From Amoebidium appalachense (Eukaryota; Protista; Ichthyosporea): DNA of 64,000 nucleotides. Below are positions 28,096 through 57,865 of the stretch, piece after piece. The stretch spans positions 2,048,231-2,112,230 of the forward strand of contig CAVNZM010000009.1 in NCBI GenBank assembly GCA_963693365.1. Direction: 5' to 3'. The notes beneath the pieces are model-generated. The model ran no database searches. It had not been told where the DNA came from and worked only from the letters and a program-made list of their open reading frames with translations. A program made the position numbers and the translations under genes. How positions within the stretch are numbered: position 1 is the stretch's first letter; the number at the start of each line of letters is the position of its first letter.

Positions 28096-29165
28096 ATTCG
28101 CTGCTCACATATCCTGTGGATCCCTCAAACCTCCTATTGTGGGGCGTATCATATAGGAGCCGATCTTAAGAATCTACTATAGATCAGATCATCTGTATTA
28201 TCAGATTCTTTCACCAGCATTTTGCATGTGAATATGTAAAGTAAGCCTAACGAGAAACAAAAGAGCTAAAATATTGACAATGTATTTCTGTTAGTATTTA
28301 CTGGCTAAAATGATTTATGATTTATCTTGGCTGGTAGCCTGAATCAGTAGATCATCTGTTCAGCGGAAAGAAAACTGATTCCTGGTTTTACACATTTTCG
28401 ATACACCCCTCTGCATTTGAGTTTGGTGAGACCATCCTTTCATTATGCAGCGGATCTCGTACAAATATAAGGATGGGATTTTCGGTGGTGAACCGCTTGT
28501 GTTAAACTATATTTGAACTAAATTGAATAGTTTTACTCTACACTCTACTTCCTGGCTTGTGTTGTATTTAGTTAGGTAAACTACCTTGAAATTCATATGT
28601 TTACAAAGGAGTCCAGCCTACAGATAGATTTGCTTCGCTCTATGGTCGGGAAACTGCCATTTATCTTCCTACGGGTTGAGTCCGACCACGGAGACTTCAA
28701 ATCATTAGAGCAAGAAAAACGCCTGTTCATCGTTTTATTGCAAATATGTATATAGCCGGACAACTTTACATTTTTTTTGCTAAATAAATATCACCGATTG
28801 TTATAATGACTTGTTGTCTTACAAAACAGTTATCAGATCATCTTATCCAAAATCGTTGAAATGTTTTGCACGCCTCCATGGTGTGTGCGAAAACTCTGTT
28901 CTATTGAATAATAATCATCACAGCTTATTCGAAACCATCCACAGCACTCCCTACACCACTCCAATAGATAGCCATATCTCTTCAGCCAATGTGATATTTT
29001 TATCCTAATGCCTTATCGTCTTGCTGGATATGTTTTAGTGCGCGGAAATTGTTTTTGCCCCTTATTTTTTTTTAAAAAAAAATAATTATTGCAAGCCCTT
29101 GCATAACGCTTCAACATACATCAGACAATATTTTCTTGTATCTGAGCGGCTAACGCGTACGATCG

Positions 29166-29226
29166 ATATATATATATAAACATATGTCATATATATACTT
29201 ATATATATATATATATATATATAAGT

Positions 29227-29256
<30 letters not shown>
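29166..29256. repeat. Interrupted (TA)n microsatellite
   Basis: Read directly from the sequence. Confidence 0.95.
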
Positions 29257-29257
<1 letters not shown>

Positions 29258-29843
29258 TGATATATTTTGTAAATATATGCATATGCATATACGTGACCGT
29301 ATTTACTTATGACAATAAGTACTAAATGTAATCCTTAATTTAATAAAATGCACCACGTGCTGAAGGCAATGCTGAATGATTCAACAGTGTATACAGGCTA
29401 TATCTGATTGTAGATGATCACGGTGTCACTAGTATATATATCATCGTTTGATAAATCAATGCCTGATCAATGAGATATATGAAATTTGTGGCCTCTCCCC
29501 ATGATGTATTCATCATACGAACGTAGGAGTACATTGTACTGTAGTACCATTTAGTTTTTTTTGGATTTTTCAATTCAAGCACAAAAAAGCCAATTGAACA
29601 TGTATCTCTTAAGTTGTGAATCTTTTGAAAACCCTGAAGACTGTAACAGGCCTCCTCCAGCATTCGGGTGCATTCTTCTGTGAATATCCCGGAGAATAAA
29701 AAGATGAACGGGCACACGCTGCTGATCATCAGGTGGCCATTGCCACAGAGTCATGTGATTACTTTCTACCTATACACTTTGAACCCTACTGAGTACTCCA
29801 CCCTCACACTCACTTCTCCAGGCACTTGAATGCAGCGTAGTGT

Positions 29844-29874
<31 letters not shown>

Positions 29875-30090
29875 GGGGGGGGGGGGGGGGAAGGCCCCGG
29901 AAGGGGTCATCTTTTTTTCAGAGGGCCGTGGTCATGATCAAGACGTGAGTTGAGCCTCGAGCACTGCCAGTCGCGCTAGGGGGAATGTAGGTGGCCGTGA
30001 CCCGCGTCATCACCGACAGGTGCACCTCGAGATCTCGAGATCTGGCAAACGGGAGTGGGCCACTCGACTGTGTATCTTCTGATCACCACC

Positions 30091-30153
30091 CAAGGCCTCC
30101 TTCTCTAGGGTACCCAAGGCCTCCTAGCACGGCTCCTAGAGAAGGAGGCCTTG
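30091..30153. other. Perfect 19-bp hairpin with a 25-nt loop
   Basis: CAAGGCCTCCTTCTCTAGG (30091-30109) is the reverse complement of CCTAGAGAAGGAGGCCTTG (30135-30153). Confidence 0.8.
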
Positions 30154-31606
30154 TCAACCATCACATGTGTAACTTTGGAAGCTGCAAGCTCAGTGAAGTG
30201 AAAGTTCGGGGAACTAATACACAATAAGAAACTAAAACAGAAGTTCGTGTGGCAAAGACTTTTTTGTTCGCTTTATTTTGCTTGCGCAGCGGAGTGTTTC
30301 GGCAGAATAGCGTATACGATTTTATACCACCGCCAGCAAGTGCAAGGCTGTACCTCTGCTCATTAAAAGTGGTGCACCCGTAACATGTAATGCGCTCAGG
30401 TCGGAACTCCCGTCGATTCTCGGGTTGCAACGAAGTCTGCAACGATGTACCTTTGTGCCAGGCTGCCTCTGGCTATGGATGCAAACCTGCACGTTGTTGC
30501 TTTGGCTTTTCATTCTAACGTTCAGCCTCATCTCTTTCCCAGACATCCCTCCTGCCTCTTGCGCCTGATGTGCCACCATAGATTCTTAGCTATATTAGCT
30601 TAGCAATACCCTACAGTCCGCAGCGTAATTTTTGGAGACTCGGTCTAGCTAAATGACATAATCTCTCTCTCGCTCCTTCTTATCCGACCTTTCTTAGACT
30701 CTCTCTCTCTATCTCTCCCGTTCTCTCGTAGACTCTCTCTTTCTCTCTCTCCCTCTCTCCCTCTCTCCCCCCCTCCCCTCTCTCTCTCTCTCTTCCCCCC
30801 CCTCCCTCCCCCCCTTTTTCTCGCCGTTGGTCTTCACACTCTCTCGACCTCTCTCTCTCTTCTCTCTCTTCCGCCCCCCGTCTCTCTTTCCTTTCTTTCT
30901 CTTCCCCCTCCCTCCTCTCTCTCTCCTTCCCTCTCTCTCTCTCGCTCTCTCCCCCTCCCTCCCTCCCTCCCTCTCTCTCTCTCTCTCTCCCTCCCTCCCT
31001 CCCTCCCTTCCCCTCCCTCCCTCCCTCCCTCCCTCCCTCCCTCCAGGCACCTCTCCCCCTTATTGACCTTAACACACTCACTCTCTCTGACTCTCCCTCC
31101 CTCCCTGTCACCCTCTCTCTCTCTCTTCCTCTCTCCCTCTCTCCCTTCTCCCTCTCTCTCTCTCTCTCTCTCCCCCTCTCTCCCCTTCCCCCCCTCTGTC
31201 CCTCCCTTTCGCTCCCTGGGCACCTCTTCCTCATCGTAAAGTTCTCTCTCAGACTCTCAGACTCTCTCTCTCTCTATCCTCCCCCCCTCCCCCCCCCCCC
31301 CCCCCCCCCCAATTCTCTCTCACTGCTCAAGAAATGCACCTCCCCCCCCCCCCCCCCCCCCTCCCCCCCCCCCCCCCTCACCGACCCCGACGGGCCGGCA
31401 CCCCCTCCATCAACTTGCCCTCTAGATCTCCCGCCCTATTTCAAGGTCAGGTGCACACCTGGGTGGTTCGTCTTTGCGAAAGTTTCTTGTTGCCCCTTTA
31501 TTTCAACTTATCTTTCAGAGTCCCTCCACGCCACACCTTCGCTCTAGCTGCCTTCAAATGTAATTTCATCACGCCGCTCCTGTCACCTTAGCCTCGTGTT
31601 ACTGAT

Positions 31607-31648
<42 letters not shown>

Positions 31649-32128
31649 CTTTCACCTAGGCCTCCCCTCCTTGCGCGGGCTCGGGGCCTGGTGGCCGGTC
31701 CCATAGGCACTCAACGGTGACCCTCGAGCTCCCTGTATATTATCAAAGTCATAGAGTTACATTCAAGTATACCCTGGCCACAAATTTTTGAGCGCGCGAT
31801 CCCTCCCCCCCCTTCCCGCCTCCCCCTTCCCCCTCCCCCCCGCCCTGTGGGGGCGCACCGGGGTTCGGTGAGGCTTCTCTGGAGTCCCTCTTCATGGCCG
31901 TGAAATTGCCATCACTGGACGGCCTCTTTGTCCCCTTTCAATCAGGCTGGTTGCTCCGAGTGGCTGCGGCCCGAGCCCCGTTCCCTCCCCCTTTAACCCC
32001 CACCCCCCTCCTCCCCCCCTCCCCACCTTTCCTCACCGCCTCCCACACCGTGGCACACACGTACGCACGGCACACGCCCCCCGGCCTCAGACCAACATGC
32101 ACGCCCCCACCTCCCCTCCCGTGATCAG

Positions 32129-43307
<11,179 letters not shown>

Positions 43308-43979
43308 GGTGGCTGAAATTTAACATTACATGTGGGGTTTTGTCGACCATTTCAAGTCGGCTTTGGGCCGCAACCTGACTCAAGAAAGGGGGGTGGCGTC
43401 AGAAGGTTGAAAATTCTTTTGCGGTCATTTTGCGAAAGGCTTCGATCTTTATTTGGCATGCAGTCAACTTAGAAACAGAGCTGGTCTACGGAGAGTTTGA
43501 GTCTCTGATTCATGATTTTTAGCTAGCTCTTGAGGGGCATTTTTTTATAAGCGCTGCCATGTACGGAAGAGGTAGTAATTTAATACTGTTTGTTTGGGTG
43601 GCCGGCCTGTTTAGATGTATCCCGTACATATCATATGCATATATTTTGACATAATGAATTCGAATGATGATGAGGCCCACTTCACATTGGGGAATAAGGC
43701 AAAAAGAGAGAGAGATAGAGCTAGAGAATAAAAAGGCTTAACAGGAGAAGAGAGAAAAATGGCTTTAATCGTGTGCTTCTTCCATTGAATGGCCATTCAG
43801 TTAATTTATCATCAAATAATAAACTGTGTACTTTCTAAACTATGTAGCCCAACGGTCGAAGAGCCAGCACTAGCTGTCGAGGCTCATCCTTCTCGTTCAT
43901 TTAATTATATCCCAAACTCAAACGTCCAACCAAAACAACTGCCTGAAGGCCGCGGAGTGGTGGTGGTGGTGGTGGCGGT

Positions 43980-44067
<88 letters not shown>

Positions 44068-44264
44068 TGTGTGTGGCACGGGGGGGGGGGGGGGGGGGGG
44101 GGGGGAATGTCTAAGACTTGCAAAATGATCGATCATCGATGCCGCTTTACCGTTTGAAACGTGCTAGCCTAGGGGTTTTAGGAGATCTCTTGAATCTTAC
44201 ACGAGTAAAAGCCCAAATGTCATTGGCAGAGAGCACAAGAGAGCCTCAATAGAAGGGGGAGGAA

Positions 44265-44313
<49 letters not shown>

Positions 44314-44339
44314 GTGAGTGAGTGAGTTAGTGATCACGT

Positions 44340-44377
<38 letters not shown>

Positions 44378-44449
44378 TGTAGCGAGAGAGAGAGAGAGAC
44401 GGAGGGAGGGAAGGAGGGAGGGAGAGAGAAGGAGGGAGGCCTCGGACAG

Positions 44450-44482
<33 letters not shown>

Positions 44483-44526
44483 GGGGGGGGAGCCAGAGTG
44501 AGAGACTGAGAGGAAGTGAGAGTGAG

Positions 44527-44580
<54 letters not shown>

Positions 44581-44637
44581 CTGAAGTCACACTGCTGAAC
44601 CTTCCGAAATTCTTGTGGTGAGGGGACCCGTGGAGGA

Positions 44638-44672
<35 letters not shown>

Positions 44673-45365
44673 GGGGGGAGGAGATGGGATCAGGAGCGAA
44701 ACATATATACCTTTCGATGCGGAAGAGGGGGGGAGAGGGGGGGTTAGCATTAGCAGCAGTTCACCACGGGTGAGGGGAGAGCAAGCTCAAAAGTCAATTA
44801 TCATTTATACTCCATCGAAGTTCACCACTTCAACAACCACCAGGTTCGGTATAATTACGATGATATTGTATATATACTCAAAGGTCCGACACAGTGCAGC
44901 ATTTCAGTCGTTCTATCTACTACTCAAGCTACTTCTGAGACTAGTGACGTACATTTAATATTTTTGAAAAATGACAAATTATTGAAGCAATTCCGGTAAT
45001 GGGGCAGCGGCCGGTTGTAATACCGGCCGGGCATTAACCAACTGACTATTGTAGGCCATCACTTTATAAACAGCATGAACTGACTCAGAGGCTCGGTTAG
45101 ATCATATACTATAGTAACGCTAATTAGCAGATACCATTATATTGCTAACTCATAAGTTAGGCTTAAGAATAATAATTGGTCAAGATTCACTGACTATACT
45201 ATATTAGTTTGGTGGAGGGGGCCGGGGTTTATGCACTTTGTATTGCTGCGGACATCGTCAGGGGCCCAGCCTCACTTGACGGCCTACTGCGTTTTCCAGC
45301 GCAGCCAATCAAATGCAGCTAGTGACTTATGTACACTGTATGCAATAAAACAACCCTAGTATAGA

Positions 45366-47316
45366 TTATGGATAAGCAGAAGCTAGCATTGGTAGCTCCG
45401 AGAGAAAGTTAGGACACCGTATCACAATATCATACTGTGCAGCATTAATAAGGTGATCTAACACGGTCATTTTATAACCGATATACTGGGGGAGAGAAGT
45501 AGAAAAGAGAATAAAGCTGACGCCCATAACCTCCGGTTCTACCACATTAGCTAACAGTTCACACTTATTGATAGATATGCATCCGCGAGTAAACCGCCCC
45601 CCACACATATCACACATACGAGCAGGAGACACCAAAAACCGATTACAACGCCAACTTGAAGACATAATCATCTTTGCATATTTATACGACACAACATCAT
45701 GAATAACGAATCTATATATATAGGAGCGAGATTGTCTAACCGTATCCGCCATATAGGCTACTAGTAGTTGGTGTTTTTGCTGACCTAACACTGGGAGGGA
45801 CTCCACATGTAAAAGGATATCCGAGTATCAGCCATAGACTTAAAACTATTCATCATGTAGTCACACTATGGTCCAGTCGTACCTCCGGTGGAGTCGCCAG
45901 CCACTCCGCATATCGCTCGACAATGGGCAGAGACGATGTGGAAGGGAAGAGGTAGAGGGGCGAGTCCGGCGGGGATGCGTGTAGCCGGAAGAGTGGATGG
46001 GTCGGGGGCAATAGCGGATAGGCGGGTGATGTGCTCGTGAAATTTAAGGGCTAAATCGTGTATGCTAATGCATTGTGATCGTGGTGTGCGTGCGTATAAA
46101 GAATCGAAAAGGCGTCTAGAAATAGGTGTGGAAAGGTGTCCAGTAGGAAACGTACAACAAGTAGTGTAGTGGAAGTCATCTAGTGATTGGAGAACATTTG
46201 CAACAGTATCAGGGGATGCCATAGCTAATAAAGGCAACCCGTACTCGGACAAAGGCCGAATAAAGGTGCGAAATATACTAAGACGGTTGTGTAAGTGTAC
46301 AATAGTAGAAAGATTGGCAAGATACACATCTCTAAATAAACGAAGACACTTGCCTGCACTCTCCACCCGACGGTCGACCATCCGTTTGAAACATATGCCC
46401 CACTCATCCACCGGAACCCCCAAGTAATTATAATCGATCGGGCGATCTCGAGGGAGGGGACTGCCGAATATACAAACGTCGTCCCATGCCGGTATCGATT
46501 TTGATAAAAGGGCACACTTTTTGACGTTAACCTTCATATCGTTGCGCTGGCACCAATGTTCAACTGCGCCACACGAATATATTGCCGTAGTTCGATAGGA
46601 TCGGATGACATAAGCACAATATCGTCGGCAAAAAATAGGGCGGGGGGAGCCTGGGATGGCAACCCCCCGTCAATTTGTGCCGCAGAAAGAGCGTCGGCTA
46701 AATCATCAATATAGTCAGGTTGAAAAGAAGGGCTTAGCAGGGATCCGGACCCTTGAAGTACCCCGCGGGTGCGGGTAAACCCTGGGGATAGCCGCCCATT
46801 AACCACCGCCCGTCCGCGTGTAAACGTAAACATAGCTCCCAGTAGCCGACCCATTTGGAATGGGACACCGCGAGTGGCCAACTTGGCCCACAGGCGAGGG
46901 AGGTCGACCGTGTCGTACGCGTTCTTAAAATCGATAAATACGAGGTGCTCGGTATCACTTTGAGTTGCATTATGTAGGGTGAGGATTTGTGCGTAACATG
47001 AGTGTCGATGCCGAAACGCCGCCTGAAGCTGGGAAGCCTGCTTAAGGGTGGGGTTGCGGGAAAAGGCCTGTAAAAGGCCACTTTCGAATAATCGGCGAAA
47101 AACGGACGTAAGGGTGATAGGGCGAAATTCGTGAATGGGACCCCGTGCAACCGTTTTCTTGATGGGAAACACTATGGTGTCTAGCCACTCCGAGGGCACT
47201 TTACCGACATCACAATACCAGCTAAACAATTCGCTAAGAATACATGTAAGTGGTGGCGGCGGGCCACGCTCTTCGTCTTTCTCGGGTCGGGGTGGGATCA
47301 GTACAGTAGTGTTCAT
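45366..47316 (-). mobile_element. 5'-truncated, frameshifted non-LTR (LINE-type) retrotransposon: reverse transcriptase plus C-terminal Cys motif
   Basis: RT motifs PSEW...VFPIKK, FRPITLTSVFRRLFE, QAAFR, FIDFKNAYDTV, GVLQGS..LSP, LFFADDIVL, then VNVKKC and YNYLGV, and a downstream CDMCGGRFTRGC. Split over several frames. Confidence 0.92.
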
Positions 47317-48068
47317 AACGGTTTTCCTTTTTATAGTTTGAGAGTTGGCCTTTTTAGATTGGCATTACAAAATCGGTTGTAGTTGTTCATGACTCTAAAC
47401 AATTTTCTAGCACTCCTATTGGTGTCTTATGGTACTTGAATTGTAAATTGTCAAACTAAGACTGTTAATTCGCCAAAAGACCGATTTTGCTTATTTAAAC
47501 AACTGTTACTGCGTCACTGGCTCAGGGGAATGGGATAAAAACGGATAAACAAACCCTCCAATCCCTACACTCTATGATGCATCATGCATGTTGTGAATGG
47601 AATTTCAGTTGTTCTTGTCAGTTGCGGTGCACGCGGAATAATGACTTGATCAGGAATACTCCTTGTGCGGCGATTAGGACAAAGACGAAACGAATATTCA
47701 TGCAATTTTCTGTAGAGGCGGGGCCGACTTTATAGACCTGGAAGTGGTACCTAATTATCATAAATGGATAGATATCTGATCTCATAGATCTCTGGAATGT
47801 ATGTTGGAATGTGGCGCATGCTTCGCGCGCTGGCGTTGTGCAGCAGCACAGGGCAGTATTAATTAATTAGTAGGGCTAAGTTAGAAAGTTGTATATAATT
47901 GTGCAACCCCCCTTTCCCCCTCCCCCCTCCCCCCCCCCCCCCCCCCCCCCCCCCCCTGGCTCCCAGGGAGAAAGAGAGAAGGGGGGGGGGGGGGGGGGGA
48001 GAGAGAGAGGGGGGCGGGGGCGGGGGGGGAGAGAGAGAGAGAGTGAGAGAGGGAGGGAGAGAGGGAGG

Positions 48069-48148
<80 letters not shown>

Positions 48149-48223
48149 AGAGGGAGGGAGCGACAAAGAGGAGAGAGTGAGAGAGAGAGAGAGACGAGCC
48201 GGACGGAGGGGGGGGGGGGGAGA

Positions 48224-48258
<35 letters not shown>

Positions 48259-48366
48259 GAGAGAGTGTGTGTGTGTGTGTGTGTGTGTGAGCGCGAGTGA
48301 GTAACAGGAGAAAGGGAGGGAGGGAGGGAGAGAGAGAGAGAGAGAGGGGGGGGGGGGGGGGGGGGG

Positions 48367-48397
<31 letters not shown>

Positions 48398-48628
48398 CGC
48401 GCGTGTGTGTGTGTGTGTGTGTGTGTGCGAATTCGAAAGGGGGAGAGACAGAGAGAGTGAGAGAGATTATGAGAGTGAGAGGGGGGGGGGGGGGGGGGGG
48501 TGTCGAGAGAATTCAGGGAGAGAGGAGAGACACAGAGAGAGACAGCGGCTCTTGAGAGAGACAGAGAGAGTCGAAGCGGGAGGGGAAGGGAGAGAAAAGG
48601 GGGAGAGAAAAAGAGAGGGAGGGGGGGG

Positions 48629-48660
<32 letters not shown>

Positions 48661-48739
48661 CAGAGAGAGAGAGAGGAAAGAGAGAAGGAGAGGGAAAGAG
48701 AGGGGGGGGGGGGGGGGGGGGGGTGAGCTCGAGAGTGAT

Positions 48740-48784
<45 letters not shown>

Positions 48785-49182
48785 CTACATACTAGAGAAA
48801 GAGAGTCAGATGCTGTGCAGTGCACCTCACCCTACGTAGCTACTACTGGCAACACTAGCCCCCTGCTCCCCTCCGCCCCCCCCCCCCCCCCCTCTGGCCC
48901 CCTCCCCCTGCCTCCCCCCCCCCCCCCCCCCCCCAGCCCCCCACACCCACTCCCCCGGGCCCCCTTCCTCCCCCCCCCCCCCCCCCTCTCTCCCCCAACC
49001 CCGGCCCCTTCAGAACAAGGAGAAAAAAAAAGATGGGGGCTTAGACTGTACACACGGCGCGCTCTAGACCTTTCCATTCATAATCATAGCCCCGACGGCG
49101 CCTCAGATTCTTCCGCCTCCTTGGGAATTTTTTTGACTATGAAACGTACCGGATTTTGGGTAGTTGACCACACACACGCGCA

Positions 49183-49280
<98 letters not shown>

Positions 49281-50726
49281 TACACACACACACACACACA
49301 CACACACATGTCTCACGTTACGCACGCAAACACAAGTTATGATCTTGACGATAAGCTGATATACGCACAAGAAAAATAGTTCACCTCTATCTATATCTGT
49401 ACACGCGTACGTACGCACGCAAACACAAATTATTTATTTATTATCTTGATCATGACGATCGATGAGTTATCCGCATCCGCACAAGACTGAAGAAACAGTC
49501 CACGTCTGTGTCCAACAGTAGTATGAATGCGCACACTGACAGCTCTAACAGTTCATGACCACATGCTCTGGCCACACCTGATTATGACACGAGTGACAGT
49601 CACTCCCGAGGGGACACGTACCTCCGGGAACTTCCAACCTCCAGGCTCCGATGCCGATCCAAATGAGTAGATCTAATGAGTATTTAATGTGCATGCGTGT
49701 TGGTGCCCACACACTCTAAATGGCACGCGCACATCACCACTACACATGTATGTACACACATCTCAAATATACAGTTCACGCATGCACCGTGTTTGGGCAA
49801 CCTAAAACCCCTACAGTCGTATCGGATGTTTGAATTACTTATTTCGAAAGGAAAAAACATTCGCAATGACCTGGACCTGAGTGGGATAGAGCAATCCCCC
49901 ATATATATTTGAAAGGCAATGGAACTTTATCCAGAAGGAATTTATTTGGTGTGATGGGCTTTGTACCTTTTGTCACTCGATGTTTACATACGACTTAAGG
50001 CGGTATAAATTCAAAATGGAATTCCAGGGTTTCAAATTCTCAAGATTAGCAGCCAACACGAAAGGTCGTGATTGGTCATATATCATCAAAGAATGTGTTC
50101 ATGTACGTTACCAACTGATAATTATCCCTCAGGAATGTACCGAATGAGTATAAATCTCTCTGATTGGCTTTTGAGCTCCAGTGACGTTTCACTTCATGCG
50201 CGCGCCCGCCGCCCGCCCAAAACAAAAAGCGCATGTTCAACAGGGTTTTTTCAGTTGCTAAAAACGTTTCCACAACGTTGACGTAGAAGCTGATAAAAAG
50301 CACTGTGGAATAAAACAAACAAAGGATATTAGCAGGAGGTATCATTTCAGTAGAGTTACCGTCACTTGCTGTAGTTATGTTATAAATGAACACAAGTTTT
50401 CCTTGCATGGACACGATTACATTACAGCTTTCCTCATCGCATGGCAAATTGGCCCCGTTGATGTGCAGACCATAGAACACACCGCGGGACCTAAAATGAT
50501 AATAACACACTCGATCCCCATGATGATGTCTATAAACTATAAGATATAGTAGACCCTACTTACAGACAAGTTTTGATATTTCTAGAGATTCAATAAATGC
50601 TGGCAGGTACTACATGCCCTCACCTTTTCTGTTTCCGGGCTCAGTGTTCAGGCTCGAACAGTATACACCAAACGAACACATGAGCACGTGGTGAATAGCC
50701 ATTAGACTTAAACTCAAAAAGAGAAA

Positions 50727-54177
<3,451 letters not shown>

Positions 54178-54431
54178 GAGAGAAGTAGAGGTAGGCAATG
54201 TGTGATGCGGTGATGTCTCCTAGTCTTGCAAGCTATGTTGTACCACATGCACAAATACACACAAGTGCGCGCAATGCACACACACGCGCGTGCATACACA
54301 CACATACACAAGCACACACACACACCACACACATGCGCGCGCGTACGTGCGCACAAACACACATATGTGCGCGCGAGCACACGCACCCAGACAGAGACAC
54401 ACATGCACACACACAGACAGAGATACACATG

Positions 54432-54505
<74 letters not shown>

Positions 54506-54846
54506 ACAACACCTTATATTGCACAACGAGAGTACGTACACACGCGACATACTCAGGTATGTTTCTTGTCGATTTGCGATCTCCATGTATCCCAGTACTC
54601 AGGGCGAACATAAAAATACGTGAACAAAATACACGCCTTCACACCTTAGAAACAGTGTGAGAGACTACTATACCTGCGAGCGTGTTGTGTTACTGTGAGG
54701 TGAATGAAATCTGGGTTGGGGATTTGGCTTTTTAATGGCCAAATTAGTCTGCATGTATGATCTTGGTGTGAACGCTTGTGCGTGTTTTCTGTGGAAAGAC
54801 GGGCAGACAGAACATTAACCACTTTTTAATGTACGTCGGTGTAGTG

Positions 54847-54923
<77 letters not shown>

Positions 54924-55544
54924 GCACACACACATAGGCACACACACACACACACACATACGCACACATACATAGGCACACACACACACGCCAGGAGAAG
55001 TATAAACGTTGGAAGAAGGAACATGCACACACACACACCACCACCATCATCACATCACATCTCACATATCCAAGCTCTATCCACACTAGCCCGCCGCGCT
55101 TTAATGCTGCCCTTTTAACTGCAACGCAATTTTACTCGAAAAGAATATTAAAGAATAGTAGATACACGTGAAGATTGCACCCCTTCACTTGGCACGATTG
55201 TGTGAACTTCTTGAACTGCCCTTCTTCCGCTTGACCTCCGGTTTTAAGTGCGGGAACAAAGGAAAAATTAGCGTGCCATATCTGGCACCATGATGGTTAC
55301 CATATTTAGGTATATGTTTAACTAATTGCACAGATGTGACCTACTCTGATATTTTATACGTGATTAAATATTGTTGTCCAATCGGGACTGCTGGCATACA
55401 AGTAGGTGTTTTTGTGCGAACTTCGAAGTCACACAAAACCTTGTTAGCCGTTGAATAAACAGGTCAAAATATTTGCTTCAATGTCTGCTGAGTTGCGGTG
55501 ATGACACCGCGGTATGCATGTGACGAGAACGGGTGGTGTACGTG

Positions 55545-55578
<34 letters not shown>

Positions 55579-55802
55579 CGCGCGCGCGCGTGCGTGTGTG
55601 TGCGCGCGCACATGTGTGTGTGTGTGTGTGCGCGCGCACACACGCGCACCCTTATGTGTGTGTGTGTGTTTGGGGGGGGGGGGGGGGGGGGGGGGGGTGG
55701 AGGGAGGGCAAAGGGGGGAAGGGGGGAGGGGGGGGGGGGGGGGAGGGTTCTATTCATGCAACGATCGCATTCATAATGAAACGGCGTGAAGTAACTGTGC
55801 AG

Positions 55803-55835
<33 letters not shown>

Positions 55836-56227
55836 CGTATGCATTACACTTATTTCTTGCCCTCCCCCCCCCCCCCCCCCCCCTCCCCACCCCACCCCGC
55901 CCTCCTTCTCCTCCTCCCCCCCCCCCCCCCCCCCCCCGGCGCCCCCTTTTTTTATTCAGGGAAAAAACAAAGAACAAAAGGAGGTCCCTTCTGTCGTCTT
56001 GTTAAACCGTTTTTCCTCTTTCGGTCTCTGTATCACTGTGGCACTCTGTGTCACTCATACTCGGTGTTGCCGAGGGAGCCGTACGGGCTGATCCATGCAT
56101 GGAAGGACGATAGTACTCTCCAACACTCACTATTTACTGGATAATGAAAATTCAATAGGTTGGGTTTTATGAAGTGTGCTACGTTGTTTCCGTGTTCGGG
56201 ATCAGCAGGGTATGGCATGTGTGTGCG

Positions 56228-56499
56228 TATTAAAAAGTACGGATTCGTGCACTTGAATTGCAAGTGTCGGTGTATACAGTGTACACTGTAACAGCTACTG
56301 TACATGTACACATCTGTGCAGTGTGTGTGGGTGTGGGTGTGGGTGTGCAAGTGGGTGTGGGTGTGTGTGAGTTTGGTGTGTGTGTGTGTGGGTGTGTGTG
56401 TGTTTGTGTGTGTGTGTGTATTAAAAAGTATGTATTCGTGCAACAATTGCAAGTGTCGGTGTATACAGTGTACACTGTAACTGTACATGTACACATCTG

Positions 56500-56500
<1 letters not shown>
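56228..56500. repeat. Duplication with ~190-bp period
   Basis: TATTAAAAAGTA...ATTGCAAGTGTCGGTGTATACAGTGTACACTGTAAC occurs near 56228 and near 56419. Confidence 0.85.
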
Positions 56501-56569
<69 letters not shown>

Positions 56570-56585
56570 AGAGAGAGAGAGAGAG

Positions 56586-56623
<38 letters not shown>

Positions 56624-56783
56624 GGGGGGGGGCGTGTGTGTGTGTGTCTGTCTGTGTCACGTGTGTGTGTGTGTGTGTGTATGTGCGTGTGTGTGTACGT
56701 GTGTGTGTGTGTGTGTTTGTGTGTGCCGCCTGAAAGTGTGGGCCGGTGTGTGTGTATGTGTGTCTGTGTTTCTGCCTGTGTGC

Positions 56784-56857
<74 letters not shown>

Positions 56858-57255
56858 CATTGTGTGTGTGTTCTTGCGTGTGCATGATCATGAGTGTCAG
56901 TGTTTTTGCAAGTATATGTGTATGTCTGTGTGCCACGGTACGTCACTTGTGCACGCGTGTCAGTGTGTTACAAGCACATGGCATTTCGCGTGTGTGCGGA
57001 AGGCTGATGATACGGTATGTGCACACGTGTATGTGTGTGTGTTTTGTGTGTGACAATGTTGTTCGTGTCACAGGTAGCGCGCGCGTGTGCGTGCGTGTAC
57101 ATGTTTGTCCATGCGTGCGTGCCGTGTACTTGTGTGTGTGTGTGCGCATGCGTGTGTGTGTGTGTGCATGTGTGCCAGTGTACGCATGTGTACGTGTGTT
57201 CGTGACGTGTGTGTGTGTGTTTGCGTGTGTGTTTGCGTGTGTGTTTGCGTGTGTT

Positions 57256-57368
<113 letters not shown>

Positions 57369-57687
57369 GTGTGCGTGTGTGCGTGTGTGCGTGTGTGCGT
57401 GTGTGCGTGTGTGTGCCCATGCATATATGTATACGGAGGTTTGAGTTCTGAGAACTTCTGACGTGGCGGAGGAAATTTTTATGATTTGGTACAGCCGCTA
57501 CAGCGGCCGATGCATAGCAGTTTTTCTACATACACAACGTCGGCTAAACCTTCAAATCCCACCGTTTTTCGTCATAGTCGGGAGCAACTGTCGGAGAGGT
57601 GCCTTGTACTTCGCCGAGGTCGGTGGCAGTGTATGCCTTCAACAAACTTGAAACAGAAAAATGCCAAAACAGGTATATTACGAACTA

Positions 57688-57865
57688 TGATTGGTAATGG
57701 AATCTAAGCCAATCAACAGCATCTGGCTTCTGAGAAATAATTGGATGGCTTATTAGGAATCCAATCAGGTGATGATTCTTTGAAGCTGACCAATGGGAGC
57801 TGTCGAAAATTTAGCCAATCATATAATGTGGTAATAACTAAAAATCTTTGAATTTTCTGATTGGC
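57688..57865. promoter_or_regulatory. Cluster of CCAAT/ATTGG boxes upstream of the FG-GAP gene
   Basis: CCAAT or ATTGG near 57690, 57709, 57740, 57761, 57790, 57815 and 57860. Confidence 0.4.

Noticed and set aside
29418-29729. 103-aa minus-strand ORF in an AT-rich region
   Set aside because: No recognisable motif or splice support; possibly decayed transposon sequence, but unsupported.
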